Shown here in pieces: positions 14,097-29,847 of a stretch of DNA of 64,000 nt. The translations under genes and the position numbers were made by a program. Source of the DNA: Eledone cirrhosa (Eukaryota); contig OZ024740.1 in assembly GCA_964016885.1 (NCBI GenBank), forward strand, positions 343,108,001 to 343,172,000, read 5' to 3'. How positions within the stretch are numbered: the stretch's first letter is position 1; every line of letters begins with the position of its first letter. The notes beneath the pieces were generated by a model. The model was not told the origin of the DNA, did no database searches, and was given only the letters and a program-made list of their open reading frames with translations.

Positions 14097-14997
14097 GTTA
14101 ACTCAGCCCTGTCAATTTTATAGATTTTTACACTTTGTAGACTTTGTTTATTGTAATGTTAAGTGATTGGGCAATAATTGATTGTTCTACTTTTGCACCT
14201 GAGGTTTTCTTTAATTAAGTCTATTATCTAATTAACTAATTGGGTGTGAACCAGCTGCTGCAATTAGAGAGTTAAGATTAAGACCAACTTTCTCCTTCCG
14301 AGAATAAGGTGTTTAACGAATTTCTATGCTGGAGTTCTTTTGATTCTGTATTAAGTGGTGTTAATAGAAATGGGATTAACAACGGATTATATAAAAAGGG
14401 AGATAAGTATAAGAGAGAGAGAGAGAGGGAGAGAGAGGGTGAGTGGAGAGGGAGAGAGAGAGAGGGGATGAGTGGAGACGGGGAGTGTAATAAAGAAGGA
14501 GAGAATTGAAGGGAGAAAATGTGTGAGAGAGATGAGGGAGAGAAAATGGTAGTAAAACATAATGAATAGAAAAATGTGCCATAAAAAAGGTGAAAGGGAA
14601 GGGAATGATTGGAGAATAATAGAGAGAGAGAGAGAGAAATGAAGGATGAAGAGAATGAGATAATAATTGGAAGGATAAATAATAGCTGAAAAGAGAAAGA
14701 TAATGAAAAAGCACGAGAAAAGGAAAAAATATAAAAGGAGAATTACAAAGATCGAAAGAAAAAAAGAGAGAGGGAGAATGGGAGAAAATATTTTGAAGTG
14801 ATTGTGAGACACCAGAGGAAAGCATAGTAAAACCAATGATTAAGATAAACAGACAGAAAAATGTATATGAAGAGAGAATAAGGGTTTGAGAGATTGACAG
14901 AATGAGAGAATATGGTATGAGAAGTAGCATGGGAAAGGAAAATAGGATTGAGAGATACGACAGAAAATTAATACAGAATATAAAGAGAGAAAGCATT

Positions 14998-15375
14998 GGA
15001 TAAAATGGAGAGGGAGTACAGGATATAGAGGGAGAAGTCATTGGATAAAGATGAGAGGGAGTACAGGATATAGAGGGAGAAGTCATTGGATAAAGATGAG
15101 GGGGAGTACAGGATATAGAGGGAGAAGTCATTGGATAAAGATGAGAGGGAGTACAGAATATAGAGAGAAAGAAGACATTGGTTAAAGATGAGAGGGAGTA
15201 CAGAATATAGAGGGAGAAGTCATTGGTTAAAGATGGGGGCAGTACAGGATATTGAGAGAAGATATTGGATAAAGATGGGCGAGAGTGCAGGATATATAGA
15301 GAGAAGACATTGGATAAAGATGGGAGGGAGAACAGGATATACAGAGAAGACATTGGATAAAAATGAGAGGGAGAG
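14998..15375. repeat. 45-bp minisatellite, about 8-9 units
   Basis: Unit GGATAAAGATGAGAGGGAGTACAGGATATAGAGGGAGAAGTCATT, starting at 14998, 15043, 15088 and onward. Confidence 0.9.
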
Positions 15376-15959
15376 AGACGAGAGAGAATGTGAGAGTAAA
15401 GGGATATGTGAGAGATGAAAGAGTATGTGAGAGATGAAAGAGTATGTGAGAAGAGGAACCGAAGAAAAAGAAATGAAAGATAAGTGTAAGATGTTGCTAT
15501 GATGTTTAAGAAATTGTTAGAGAGCATAGTAAAAAAAACAACAAAAAAAAAACAGAGAAGCCAGAATAGAGATAAAGGGAAAGAGAAAAATCCAGAACAC
15601 ATCACACATAAATAGGGAAGCGGAGCATTAGTGCTGATGGGGGAAATGATGAAATAGCTAGTAATATACATGTGTTTGTTTTAAACCTCAGTCATTTCCG
15701 ATAACGAATGCTCCAATTGTTTGATTAACGGAACAGCCTGCTTTTGAAATTAACCTGCAAATAGCTGAGCATTCCACAAACACGTATTCCCATAAAGTAA
15801 CTCCCAGGACGATCCAGCGTGATATAATTTGTTACAAGACTGGCCTTTTGAATTACTGGTACAACTCATTTTTTTCCAGTTGAGTGAACTGGAACAACAT
15901 GATGATGATGGCGGCAACTCGATTTCGAGTAATGCCATCTCTTGATACTTAAGCATAAG

Positions 15960-16830
15960 CATCACGGACGTGACTTTTGAGTCCTGCTACGGACTTGCCT
16001 GTGGCCAGCAATACCATGCATCGCAAAATTTGTGACATATCAAGTAATGCCTGTGATTGAAGCTTTTTAAAGTGAGGAAAGGCTTTGCACGGGGTCAATC
16101 CCACTCTCTGAACAGCGAATGCATTTATCCAAAAAGAAGAACTGGCCTACATCATTGGATGCAAATGAAGTCGCAGGTTTTATGTCAGAGTGCCATTCTC
16201 ATAGAGGGATGTCTAAATGAAGACTAGGAGTCTCTCGGTCCACAAGAAAAAAAAAAACTTTATTGGATGGCCGTTGACTCTCCAGAGTTTCTCCATCCTT
16301 TGATGGGTTTTGTTTTTCAACCCGCAAGGTACAAAAATCACCCTCCTCACTAAGCAAGCTTGGTGGGTTTGCCGGTTTAGTTGCCGACGACCCGACCATG
16401 CACAGGTTGTACTGAGTTACATGTTACGAGTAGCACTTAAGAGCGACCTGACATAAATAAATACATACATACAAACATGATGGCTGCCCCCTCGTTATCG
16501 AGTATGGCCATTGCACGATATACCATTATTAATAATTATCAATTAAAGCTATCGTGCAATGCCTGTGCATGAAGATTTTTTTTAAGTGAGGAAAATCTGT
16601 GCACTGAGCAAATGCCATTCTCTGAGCGACAGTAGTTATAACCCGAAAAGAAGAAAAGATCAACATCATCGGTAACTACTGAGCCGCAGGTTTTATGTCG
16701 GAGTTATCCCAGTTTCCTGAGTTGCCTTCTCTTAGTAGAATGTCCTGACAAAAGCTAGGGCTCCTTCACTCCCAGTGGTTTAACTGCGCGATCGGGTATC
16801 CAGCCCGATTATTTCTATGTCCTCGCGCAT
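15960..16830 (-). mobile_element. Two chained RTE-related non-autonomous elements associated with (ATGT)n
   Basis: Reverse complements of 29920-30350, 30548-30740 and 30790-31100. Confidence 0.65.
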
Positions 16831-16899
16831 ATACATACACATGCATACACATACATATATACATACATACATATATACACATGTACATACATACATACA

Positions 16900-16930
<31 letters not shown>

Positions 16931-17167
16931 TATTCATTGACTAAATATCGTTTGTTTTTTCAGGGTATAATGATTTCTTGTTAAGTTTTTCATAGTCTAT
17001 ACATGAGATAGCCCAATACTAACATAACTATATTTTTCCAGGTCAATGATGCTTCCGAATATTTCTGTCTCTAAAGAATTCTATTTTCTTAAGCCAATAA
17101 ATGTACAATGTTTGACATTTACTTAGAGATTCCTTGCTCACTACTTCGTCACGGCGTGGAGGCTATG

Positions 17168-17208
17168 CTTTGCTGATGAGTCATAATAAGATTGAAATAT
17201 GTCCAGAG
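17168..17208 (+). ncRNA. Minimal type I hammerhead ribozyme motif
   Basis: CTTTG-CTGATGA-GTC(ATAATAA)GATT-GAAA-TATGTC-CAGAG; stem I CTTTG/CAGAG, GTC triplet. Confidence 0.6.
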
Positions 17209-19079
17209 TTCTGCTGCATTGGTGGAAAAAATATTATTAATTGATTAATCCCCCTCATCGCATATTTATTACTAGTTAGCATTTTTATGATCCATGCATT
17301 AAATTTGTTAATGCAACCTTATCTATTGAAATAATTTCAGACTTCAACCAAAATTTCGAAGGTCAAATCATATTTTCGCTGAAAAGCTTATCTTTTATAG
17401 TACTGTGTTCGCTTGATTAAAGGAAATAATCGTTATTTTTTTTAGCTTTGAATTAATGATTAAAATCAAAGCAATCTAAAAATCGATTGGTAATAACTGA
17501 TTCTTATAATGAGTATCTCGTGAAAACATGGATATCGAGACTTTTTTTTTTGTTTCCTTAAATAATGAACGTTGTTTAATACTAAAGAAGTTTAGGGTCC
17601 TGCTTACAAAGGAAAAATGTTTTTAAGCGAATCGATTACTACAGATTTATATTGATAGTTTTTGTTATTTATGCTGTGATTATTTGTATTCATCTATACG
17701 AATGCTTACTAATGTGAGTTGAATTACTAGAAATAACAGCCATAAAAACAACAATAAAGACAAAAAGAAAAAAACTAGCTGCGCGGTTACAAATGAAATA
17801 AAAAAAAAAACAAAAAAAAACAAGCCCCAAAACAATTACAACAAAAACAAACAAGGAAAAAGCTGAAAATCTGAAAAGCAAGACAGGATGGTCACAACTT
17901 TACCATTTATACTTTCAGGGAAAATAAAATACCAAATGTCTAATGGTGGAGAGGATGTCAGTTTAATTGACTATATCACCCCTTAGGAATTTATGGCTTT
18001 CTTTAAATGCAAAAATAAAAAAAATCCAATATTTCACAGACATTTTGTGTCTTATTTGTTGTTAATAATCATTTTATTGTTTAGTTCGCGAGGACCATCG
18101 ATGTCTGATTTTATATCTCTGTCGTAGAGAATGATGTCTGGTTATGTCATATTTGCATTTTATTGATGTAATTTATTGGAGTAGACCAGCAATATTCCTA
18201 GGTCTTATATGTAATGTACGCTCTTCGCATTACACTCGGTGTTTATGTATCTGTCTGGTTTTATCTTTCCAATATATAAAATTTTATATATGACTTGTAC
18301 TTCAATATAATTTCTCCCAAGAATGTCCAGCTTTGCTGTTATTCAGTAGCTTCACTCTGTGTCATACAAAGTATATTTTCTAAACTGATGTGGGGAACAA
18401 TAGGCATTTTTCTATCGTATTTTAGCTGTGTAAAACCAGAATAAAATTTATCATCGCCGTTAGACACAATGCTAGTTTTTGCAGGATTGAGGATAAAATT
18501 GATTTTTGATCGACCCCCGAAAATAAAAAGAGCAATTTATTCTAGGCAGTATATGAATTCAGAACTTTGACGAAACAAATTACTATAAAGGTTTCAGTCC
18601 AATGCTCTATATTTTTATAAATTTCTTTCACCAACCTCTAATCAAATCCAATCAAAAACCAGCCAGCCATCCAGCCAACGATTCAACGAGGGAGCTGCTG
18701 AAAGGTCCCTTAATCTGCTAGAAATGGCAGCCAAAATTACTCTCACACCATACAATACAATTTTAAAAAGACGACACATTGGATAATGCGGTTCTGGATA
18801 CAAAATCTGAAAAATCATTGGATGGTCATGTCCGGAACTCTTTGATCAGAAGTTTTAACACCATCATAAAGCTTCAGTACACTTAACGGAGTTCACTCTG
18901 TTGCAAGCATTTGAGCTAGGTATCAGGTTTGTGGATGCGTTCCTCCCACCAATCTCTTGGACTCTGAAAAGGGTCATGGTCACTCTCCTTCCTTCTTCGA
19001 ATAAACAGAACCCCACTCCACAAATCCTACCACCTAAAGAGTCATCTCTCTCTCCCCCCCCTCTCTCTCCCCCCCCCCC

Positions 19080-19133
<54 letters not shown>

Positions 19134-20197
19134 TGAATCAGTCGCGACTGTCGTATAATATATCACATAAATCAACTCTGAAAGAATAGATCCTAAAAGA
19201 AGACAAAATAGTCCCGGCTGGAATGCCGGACGAACGATGAAAAGTTCCACAATCAATCATTATAATGTTTCTCATTATACAAACACAGCATGTAAACTAA
19301 ATAATTCCGTAGAACTAGACACACACACATACACACACACACACACATACACACACACACGCACACGCACACGCACACACACACACACACACGCACACAC
19401 ACACGCACACGCACACGCACACACACACACACATACACATACACACACACACACACAAAGGTTCTGATCTAGTGATCGTGGTAACCTGTAAAAGACGAGA
19501 AACTCAATGTTTATTATAGAATATAATATAAGTAGATTTATTCCTCGTCTTACAAATCAGTCACGATATTTCAGGAAAGCATATGTTCGCTATGTTTCAT
19601 CAATGAGGAAGTATTAAAGTTTTATCGCATTTAAGGTTCGCCTTTCTTTTGGGTATGGCAATATTGTTTGCTGAAATATTCAGCTTTTGTTTCTCGTAGT
19701 TTGGTTTAGTTGTGCGATTGGAGCACTGAGGTAGTAGAGGGTTCTGATCTTTATTTTTTGCGGGTTACTAACATCATTAGAGGAAAACTTGAACTTTCAT
19801 ACTTAAAAGAAAAATGCGATCTTTCTTAACAGGCAGGGTTGCAGTTATATACATGCTTCGATCGTATTAGGTCTCGTTAGCGAACCATAATCTTCTCAAT
19901 CCTACTTTTCTCAGTGAACAGGACATTTTACTGTAACAAATGAATGACGAAGTCTTCTGGCCTGTATGATTTGCATAAATATAACTAAAAAGGGACAGCT
20001 AAGGGAAATAAGTCAGGTGTGCCAGTTTAGTGTATGAATTAAATAGAGTTAAATACAAATTGATATGAGGTACGAATAACAAAACAAACAAAACAAAACA
20101 GAAAAACAATATTAGTCAATGAATCGTACTAGAAGAGACAATTCTATGCATGTTCCGAGCTTATTTTGACTCCTCAGTGAAGCTTAACATTCCAATG

Positions 20198-20274
<77 letters not shown>

Positions 20275-20396
20275 GGAGAAAGGTATATATACGACCACGA
20301 CATCAAGTGGTTTCAGATTGTGCTCCGCCTTGCCACTCTGCTCATCCCATGCATTGAGGACTCTCAGGATTTGTCGCCTCGGTCTCAGCTCTGCAG

Positions 20397-20493
<97 letters not shown>

Positions 20494-20687
20494 TTAAACA
20501 CATACATATACACAAACGAACACACACACACACATACACGAGTATGTATGTATATATATATATATATATATATTTCACAAGAGTAAATATTAAGGGAAAT
20601 GTAGTTATGCCAATATCATTTCAGATTCAATCACCAAAATAAGACGAATTTTCTCATCAAAAGTAGTTAAGAATTAAACTTCGTGTA

Positions 20688-21036
20688 CTCTCGGAACTCG
20701 AATAATCTACCCCCAACCACCGCTTATTAATTTTTCACATTTTTTCCAACACCCCCGCTCTTATTCCACCCATACTCATTAAATTTTGCTAATTTTATAC
20801 ATGGAAAAACATTATACATGACCAAAAAAGTACATAATCCCATACATTATGAAATAACTCGGATTGGTTGGGTGTCTCAATATGTAAACTAAACTACTTA
20901 TTCTGGTTTCTAAAAACATCAACGGAGGCAACCTAGAAAAATTATCAATTTTTCAACGCCCCCGATTCTTCCAAGACCCCCCCCCGTTTATTCCAATCCC
21001 CACATATTCTACTCCCTATTATTTAGGACCCGAGAG
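20688..21036. mobile_element. Tc1/mariner-pogo-type MITE with TA TSD
   Basis: TA|CTCTCGG....AATAAT ... ATTATT....CCGAGAG|TA. Confidence 0.7.
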
Positions 21037-21061
21037 TACATAAAATCCACAGAGTACATAA

Positions 21062-21845
21062 ATAATTGTTTCTACATTTGGCACATTTGGTACTTTATTT
21101 TATCGACCCCATAAGGAAGAAAGGCAAAGTTAACCTCGACGGGATTTGAACTCAGACCGTAAAATCCACAGAGTACATAAATAATGGTTTCTGATTTAGA
21201 CACAAGGCCAGCAATTTTGAGGGGGCAGAAAGTCGATTAAATCGACTCCAGTGCGTTACTGGTACTTTATTTTATCGATCCCGTAAGGATGAAAGGCAAA
21301 GCTAACCTCGGCGGGATTTAAACTCAGAACGTAAAGGGCTATAACTCTATGCTGCGAAGCTTGGTACATGAATAATTGTTTCTACTTTTGGCATAAGGCC
21401 AGCAGTAACCCAGTGTATTACTGGTACTTTATTTTATCGACCCCGTAAGGATGAAAGGCAAAGTTAACCTCGGATCCTAAAGGGACGTAACTCTATGCTT
21501 CAAAGCATGGTGTCCGACTCTCTACCAATTAAATAATAATGCAAGAATAGTAAAATGAAAAATTAAGTGATTACATTCTTCTAATACTTTTCTAAGAATA
21601 AAGTAAAAAATGAAACCAACGTAATTCTTTTTAAAGATTGATACAAGGTTATACATTCCTAGGATATAATTGTTTCTGCTTTTGGCACAAGGCCAGCAAT
21701 TACCCAGTATATTACTGGTACTTTATTTTATCGACCCCATAAGGATGAAAGGCAAAGTCAACCTCGGCGGGATTTGAACTCAGATCGTAAAGGGACGTAA
21801 CTATGCTGCAAAGCATGGCGTCCGACTTTCTACCGATACTGCCAA
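21062..21845 (-). mobile_element. Cluster of four SINE A copies or fragments
   Basis: Repeated core; 26-nt duplication TAAAATCCACAGAGTACATAAATAAT at 21041 and 21160. Confidence 0.85.
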
Positions 21846-22002
21846 ATAATGTGAGTTGGACTTAATCAGATATTGCTTCACTGCTACTTGTTTTACTGTC
21901 CCTGGTAAATGGTAAATGGTATTGTCAATTTGGGAATAGGGTTTGGCTGAGAAGGTCAAGGGACATAACACTGTTTCACAATACAACAGTAATAATCAGT
22001 TA

Positions 22003-22752
<750 letters not shown>

Positions 22753-22854
22753 CATTCTCTGATATGATAAAGGTATTGATTATGAAGATTATTATGACGA
22801 CGACGATGACAATGATGATAACCGGAATGATGGAAATATTTATGTTGATAGCAA

Positions 22855-25633
22855 TAATGATGATGATAATGATGATGATGATGATGATGATAATGATGAT
22901 GATGATAATGATGATGATAATGATGACGATAATGATGATGATAATGATGATGATAATGATGATAATGATGATGATAATGATGATGATGATAATGATGATG
23001 ATAATGATGACGATAATGATGATGATAATGATGATAATGATGATGATAATGATGATGATAATGATGATAATGATGATGATAATGATGACGATAATGATGA
23101 TGATAATGATGATGATAATGATGATGATAATGATGATGATAATGATGACGATAATGATGATGATAATGATGATGATAATGATGATGATAATGATGACGAT
23201 AATGATGATGATAATGATGATGATAATGATGACGATAATGATGATGATAATGATGATGATAATGATGACGATAATGATGATGATAATGATGATGATAATG
23301 ATGATAATGATGATGATAATGATGATAATGATGATGATAATGATGATGATAATGATGATGATAATGATGATAATGATGATGATAATGATGACGATAATGA
23401 TGACGATAATGATGACGATAATGATGATGATAATGATGATGATAATGATGATGATAATGATGATAATGATGATGATAATGATGATAATGATGATGATAAT
23501 GATGATGATAATGATGATGATAATGATGATAATGATGATGATAATGATGACGATAATGATGACGATAATGATGACGATAATGATGATGATAATGATGATG
23601 ATAATGATGATGATAATGATGATAATGATGATGATAATGATGATGATAATGATGATGATAATGATGACGATAATGATGATAATGATGATGATAATGATGA
23701 TGATAATGATGATGATAATGATGATAATGATGATGATAATGATGATGATAATGATGATGATAATGATGATGATAATGATGATGATAATGATGATAATGAT
23801 GATGATAATGATGATGATAATGATGATGATAATGATGATGATAATGATGATAATGATGATGATAATGATGATGATAATGATGATGATAATGATGACGATA
23901 ATGATGATGATAATGATGATAATGATGATGATAATGATGATGATAATGATGATGATAATGATGACGATAATGATGATGATAATGATGATAATGATGATGA
24001 TAATGATGATAATGATGATGATAATGATGATGATAATGATGATAATGATGATGATAATGATGATAATGATGACGATAATGATGATGATAATGATGATAAT
24101 GATGATGATAATGATGATAATGATGACGATAATGATGATGATAATGATGATAATGATGATGATAATGATGATGATAATGATGATGATAATGATGACGATA
24201 ATGATGATGATAATGATGATAATGATGATGATAATGATGATAATGATGATGATAATGATGATGATAATGATGATAATGATGATGATAATGATGATAATGA
24301 TGATGATAATGATGATGATAATGATGATGATAATGATGACGATAATGATGATGATAATGATGATAATGATGATGATAATGATGATAATGATGATGATAAT
24401 GATGATGATAATGATGATGATAATGATGACGATAATGATGATGATAATGATGATAATGATGATGATAATGATGATGATAATGATGACGATAATGATGATA
24501 ATGATGATGATAATGATGATGATAATGATGATGATAATGATGACGATAATGATGATGATAATGATGATAATGATGATGATAATGATGATGATAATGATGA
24601 TGATAATGATGACGATAATGATGATGATAATGATGATAATGATGATGATAATGATGATGATAATGATGATGATAATGATGATAATGATGATGATAATGAT
24701 GATGATAATGATGATGATAATGATGATAATGATGATGATAATGATGATGATAATGATGACGATAATGATGATGATAATGATGATAATGATGATGATAATG
24801 ATGATGATAATGATGACGATAATGATGATGATAATGATGATAATGATGATGATAATGATGATGATAATGATGATGATAATGATGACGATAATGATGATGA
24901 TAATGATGATAATGATGATGATAATGATGATGATAATGATGATGATAATGATGATAATGATGATGATAATGATGATGATAATGATGATGATAATGATGAT
25001 AATGATGATGATAATGATGATGATAATGATGATGATAATGATGATGATAATGATGATGATGATGATGATAATGATGATGATAATGATGATGATAATGATG
25101 ATGATAATGATGATGATAATGATGATGATAATGATGATGATAATGATGATAATGATGATGATAATGATGATGATAATGATGATGATAATGATGATGATAA
25201 TGATGATGATAATGATGATGATGATGATGATAATGATGATGATAATGATGATGATAATGATGATGATAATGATGATGATAATGATGATGATAATGATGAT
25301 AATGATGATGATAATGATGATGATAATGATGATGATAATGATGATGATAATGATGATAATGATGATGATAATGATGATGATAATGATGATGATAATGATG
25401 ATAATGATGATGATAATGATGATGATAATGATGATGATAATGATGATGATAATGATGATAATGATGATGATGATAATGATGATGATAATGATGATGATAA
25501 TGATGATGATAATGATGATGATAATGATGATGATAATGATGATGATAATGATGATGATAATGATGATGATAATGATGATGATAATGATGATGATAATGAT
25601 GATGATAATGATGATGATAATGATGATGATAAT
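22855..25633. repeat. 2.8-kb compound array of (GAT)2-3AAT units with GAC variants
   Basis: Irregular alternation of 9- and 12-bp units. Confidence 0.97.
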
Positions 25634-26182
25634 GGTCATCAACACTTTCTTTCTTTCCTTTTTTTGTACTTTCTTTTCCTTTTCATCTCCCTCTCCCACC
25701 CTCTATCTCGTCCTCACACTCTTTCTTTCTTTATTCTTTCTATCTATTTCCTTGTTTGTCTGGCTCTTTCTTTCTTTCATTCTTTCTTTCTTTCGTTCGT
25801 TCGTTCTTTCCTTCCTTTTTTTATCTGTAGTTTTCTTTATATTTTTTCTTTAGTTCTTTTCTTTGGTTCTTTTTTTTTCTTCTTTCTTTTTTTTTTCTTT
25901 CTTTCTTTCTCTCATTCCTTTTTTATCTGTGGTTTTCTTTATTTTTTCTTTGGCTCTTGTCTGTCTTTCTTTCTTTCTTTCTTTCTTTCTTTTTTTATCT
26001 GTTTCTTTGGTTATTTTCTTTGGTTCTTTCCTCTTTGTGTATTTTTCTTTATTTCCTTCCTTGTCATCATCCTTCCTCTGCGACCAGTTTTCTGTTTTCC
26101 TGTGGCAACGCTGTTTTTCTTACGACTGCCATATCCGGTTTCTGACACCAAGAAAGAAAGCGAAAAATTCCGGACGGTTGCG

Positions 26183-26378
26183 CAACAACAACAACAACAA
26201 CAGCAACAATAATAATACAAACGATAACAACAATAACAATAACACGAACAACAACACCACAACAATAACACAAACAACAATAACAATAAAGACAACAATA
26301 ACAACAATGATAATAACAACAACAATAACAATAACAGCAACAACAACAACAGCAGCAAAAACAACAACATTAATAATA
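26183..26378. repeat. Degenerate (AAC/AAT)n array
   Basis: Direct reading. Confidence 0.9.
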
Positions 26379-26485
26379 AAATAATTGCGAAAGGCGGATG
26401 ATGGTAACCGATGCTTCTATGAACTGCAAACATTTTCATAAGACAGCTGCGGCGGTTTTCTTTTAACGTAATCATTACAACAACA

Positions 26486-26519
<34 letters not shown>

Positions 26520-29010
26520 GTAGTAGTAGTAGTATTAGCAGCTGTAGTACCGATTCCTTAGTCTGGTTGTTGTCCTGTAAATTAACTCTTCAGTGCCGAA
26601 GATAGATATCACGCCTTTGTGGAAACAGCTTATATGAAGATGAAAACTTCAATAGCAGTATCAACATCATGTCAGAGCTGCACCAAGAAACACCATGAGC
26701 ATCAATGACAACAGCAACAGTACCAACAACACACACCATAAACAACGGGTTAACGAAAGCGCCTCTATGTGATCACGTGAACTACTAGCAATGGCTGTTA
26801 AATCTCCATCAAATCACCTCTTACATTTTTTTATACTAGATAACGTGGTCCTGGGTGCAATATGTCAGGAGAAAAAAACAAGTGGGGGACTTATCTGAAC
26901 GTCTCTGTTGAGTTAGGGAGTTAAATGTTTTTCGTTTTAATTTTGGCATAAGACCAGCAATCTGAGGGGAGAGGAAAAGCAATTAAATCGATTCAAGTAC
27001 TGGACTTAGACTTTATTTTATCGATTTCATAAGGATGAAAGCAAAGTTGGCCTATTTGAACTTAGGATTTAAAAAGCCAGATCAAATGCCGCAACGATAT
27101 CAGCATCAATAGCAGCAGCACCAATAAAATCATCAACATCAGTTGTAGTAGTAATATTAAACCATGAACATCACTTTTTTATCGCTTAGTTTTGAGGATT
27201 GAAATACCTATGACTCTGTTCAGAGCTCGCGAGGGGGGGTGGGGGGATGTATCCTTAGATCAGACACTTGCGAACAGAATGGACTCTGTTAAAAGGATCC
27301 AAAGGTCATGTGGTGATGTTAAAGTTGGTGATGGTTGAAATCTACTACGTAAGTATACTACGATGGGATTTTAATTTGTATAGCAAATAGCTGAAACAAA
27401 TACTGAGGTTCTACAGATTCTGCCAGTCGACTGCTCCAAACAGAATCTTTATTTATCAAGTTCGGAAGAATGAACAGCAAATCTGATCTCGGCGAGATTT
27501 GAACACAGGAGGCAAGGAACCGGAATAAATACTGCAAAACATTTCGTACTATCTCAAACGCTTCTACTAATTCGCCATCTATAAACAATGACTTTTTACA
27601 TTCACGTAAAGACACATATTTTGAAAGAAGTGCTATAATCGATTAAGTCGTTTTTATCGATCTTGGTTAGAATTGAACTCAGAACCTATAGGCAGCGCAC
27701 TAAATACCCCAAAAACATGGAATTTTCATCAAAGAAGCCTAAGATCAATGAAAATATTTTGGAATGAATAAAAAAAAAAGTGGACCAAGAATAACAAAAA
27801 ATAATGAATAAAGATTCTGTGTGTAAATATACAGAAAAATGCCTCAGCAAAACTAATTTCTATGATAGACACAAAATCTGAAGTAAAGTGGAGTCAATTA
27901 AATCGATTCCAGTACTTGTTTGATATTATATTTTATCGATTCTAGAGAAATAAAAAGCGACTCTCGCGAGATTCATCTCCTGGCCAACAATGAACGAACA
28001 GGTGTGAAATAAAAGGCGTTCCAGTCATGATTATCCAGTTTAATCAAGTTCAAAAGCGTCTTTAAGGCTACGTTATCCAAGGTATTATATTCTAGTTATT
28101 TTTATGACAAGAAGGCGAAATTTGAAGGAGATTTGTCTGCTATTTCTAGCAGATTGAGCGACTAAGCAGCGCCCTGTTTATTGGCTCTTGTAGAGCTACT
28201 CTAGTTAGTTAATAATAGTTCACCCTGGTTCTATAAGATGTGGAGGCACATGTATCTTCTCTGAAAATCGGCAACGGTTGTTGGAGCACATATTGTGTGC
28301 ACTGTACGGGAACAGTGTTTGTGCGATGTTTTTACGGGAATATCTTATCTTATAAACAACATTCCATTAGAGTTCTTGAAGAATGGATGGAACGCCACAA
28401 TGAATTTGCTTACATAAACATTTGTAACAAGATCTCACAAACAGGAGAACGACGCTAGACATAAGCTAGTGTTGATAACATTACCAAATCAAGGCAGCTC
28501 CACACAATATAGCCAGAAAATAACGTCCATCCTACTAAATAGAAATTACAGTATTGCAATGTAAAGAGAAAAAAAATCAGTGTGGTGACAGCGTCTTCAA
28601 AAAGGCCGACAAGGTTTTGAACAAGTGCAAAGGAAAATAGTTAATCTTAGTTTGCATCGTTAAATGTAATCAGCAACTGAGAGCTCAGATAACATAGTTG
28701 GTGGGCTAACTGAGAACTATAGTTAAGTTAGTGTTACATTTAATCCAGGAAGAAAAAAAACAAATCGTCTTGAAATAAGAAAACGAAAAACGAATCAAAA
28801 CAAAATAATATTAGACATTGATGAATACTATCTTAACTATTTCGGCAAGTACAAGCGACAACTCTTGTTTAATATATTTCAGTATTATTATGGCTTCCGC
28901 ATCGATACATAGACTTCATCGTACTTACCGAAGTAGCGATGAAGAAATTACGAAGTTAATATAAAAGTTTATTCACAGGTTAGTGTAGAAAATTAAGATT
29001 TGGACGCATT

Positions 29011-29248
29011 TGGGCGGTGGATTGGTAGTATCGGTAGAGAGTCGGACACCATTTTTTGCAGCATAGAGTTACGGCCCTTTATGATCTGAGTTCAAATCCC
29101 ACAGAGGGTAACTTTGCCTTAAATCCTTACGGGGTCGATAAAATAAAGTACCAGTCACGCACTGGGGTCGATTTAATCGACTACTCCCCCTCCCATAAAC
29201 CCCCACCCCCCAAAAATTGCTGGCCTTGTGCCTATATAAGAAACCAAT
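29011..29248 (+). mobile_element. SINE family A, full length
   Basis: A/B boxes, core and 3' GGCCTTGTGCCTATATAAGAAACC. Confidence 0.88.
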
Positions 29249-29299
29249 ATTTTCTACGCATTTTATTGAATTTTTTACGGCACATTCTAACAGTATTCT

Positions 29300-29847
29300 T
29301 TCATATTATGTATGCATATGTCCTTCATATCTCTGTAACGTTTTATATATTTATTCTCAGGATTATTCTTTCTACGGATTGCATTGTATACTGTTTTGAC
29401 CACTACATCATGCCTCATAAGTAGATAGCACAGTGATGACATCTTTGGACAGCTGCTTATTATGTAGGTGACATCTTCGATGTTTATTCCACAGTCTGTA
29501 TCCGTTGTCATATCTAGGTGTTTTACTTGCATTTCTATTTCTTTTGTGTATCAGATATCATGTGGTTATTTCCTGTTCTTGTATTGCAAAATTATATTTT
29601 TAAAAGTGAGAGCTAATATACCAGTTGTTAGTCCAAGATAGACTACCTTGCTTAGCTATATTACACTCACTTTGAAGTCCTCTGGCAACATATCCATGCA
29701 TGACGTTTTTTGCTGATAAGCAAGCAGTCTTTCATCCATGCATTCAATGCGGTATTGCTGTGCTATTTACCTGAGTGTGAGATTTGCAACGAGCTCCTTC
29801 CCAACTCTCATGATGTCACTTGCCTCATGTAGACAGACATGTTCTAC

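Noticed and set aside
14376-15671. 431-aa hydrophobic ORF
   Set aside because: Product of a CT-rich strand plus the minisatellite; no domain motifs.
20290-20400. Short unique minus-strand frame [10 protein letters not shown]...KPLDVVV
   Set aside because: No splice signals or recognisable motif; flanked by microsatellites.
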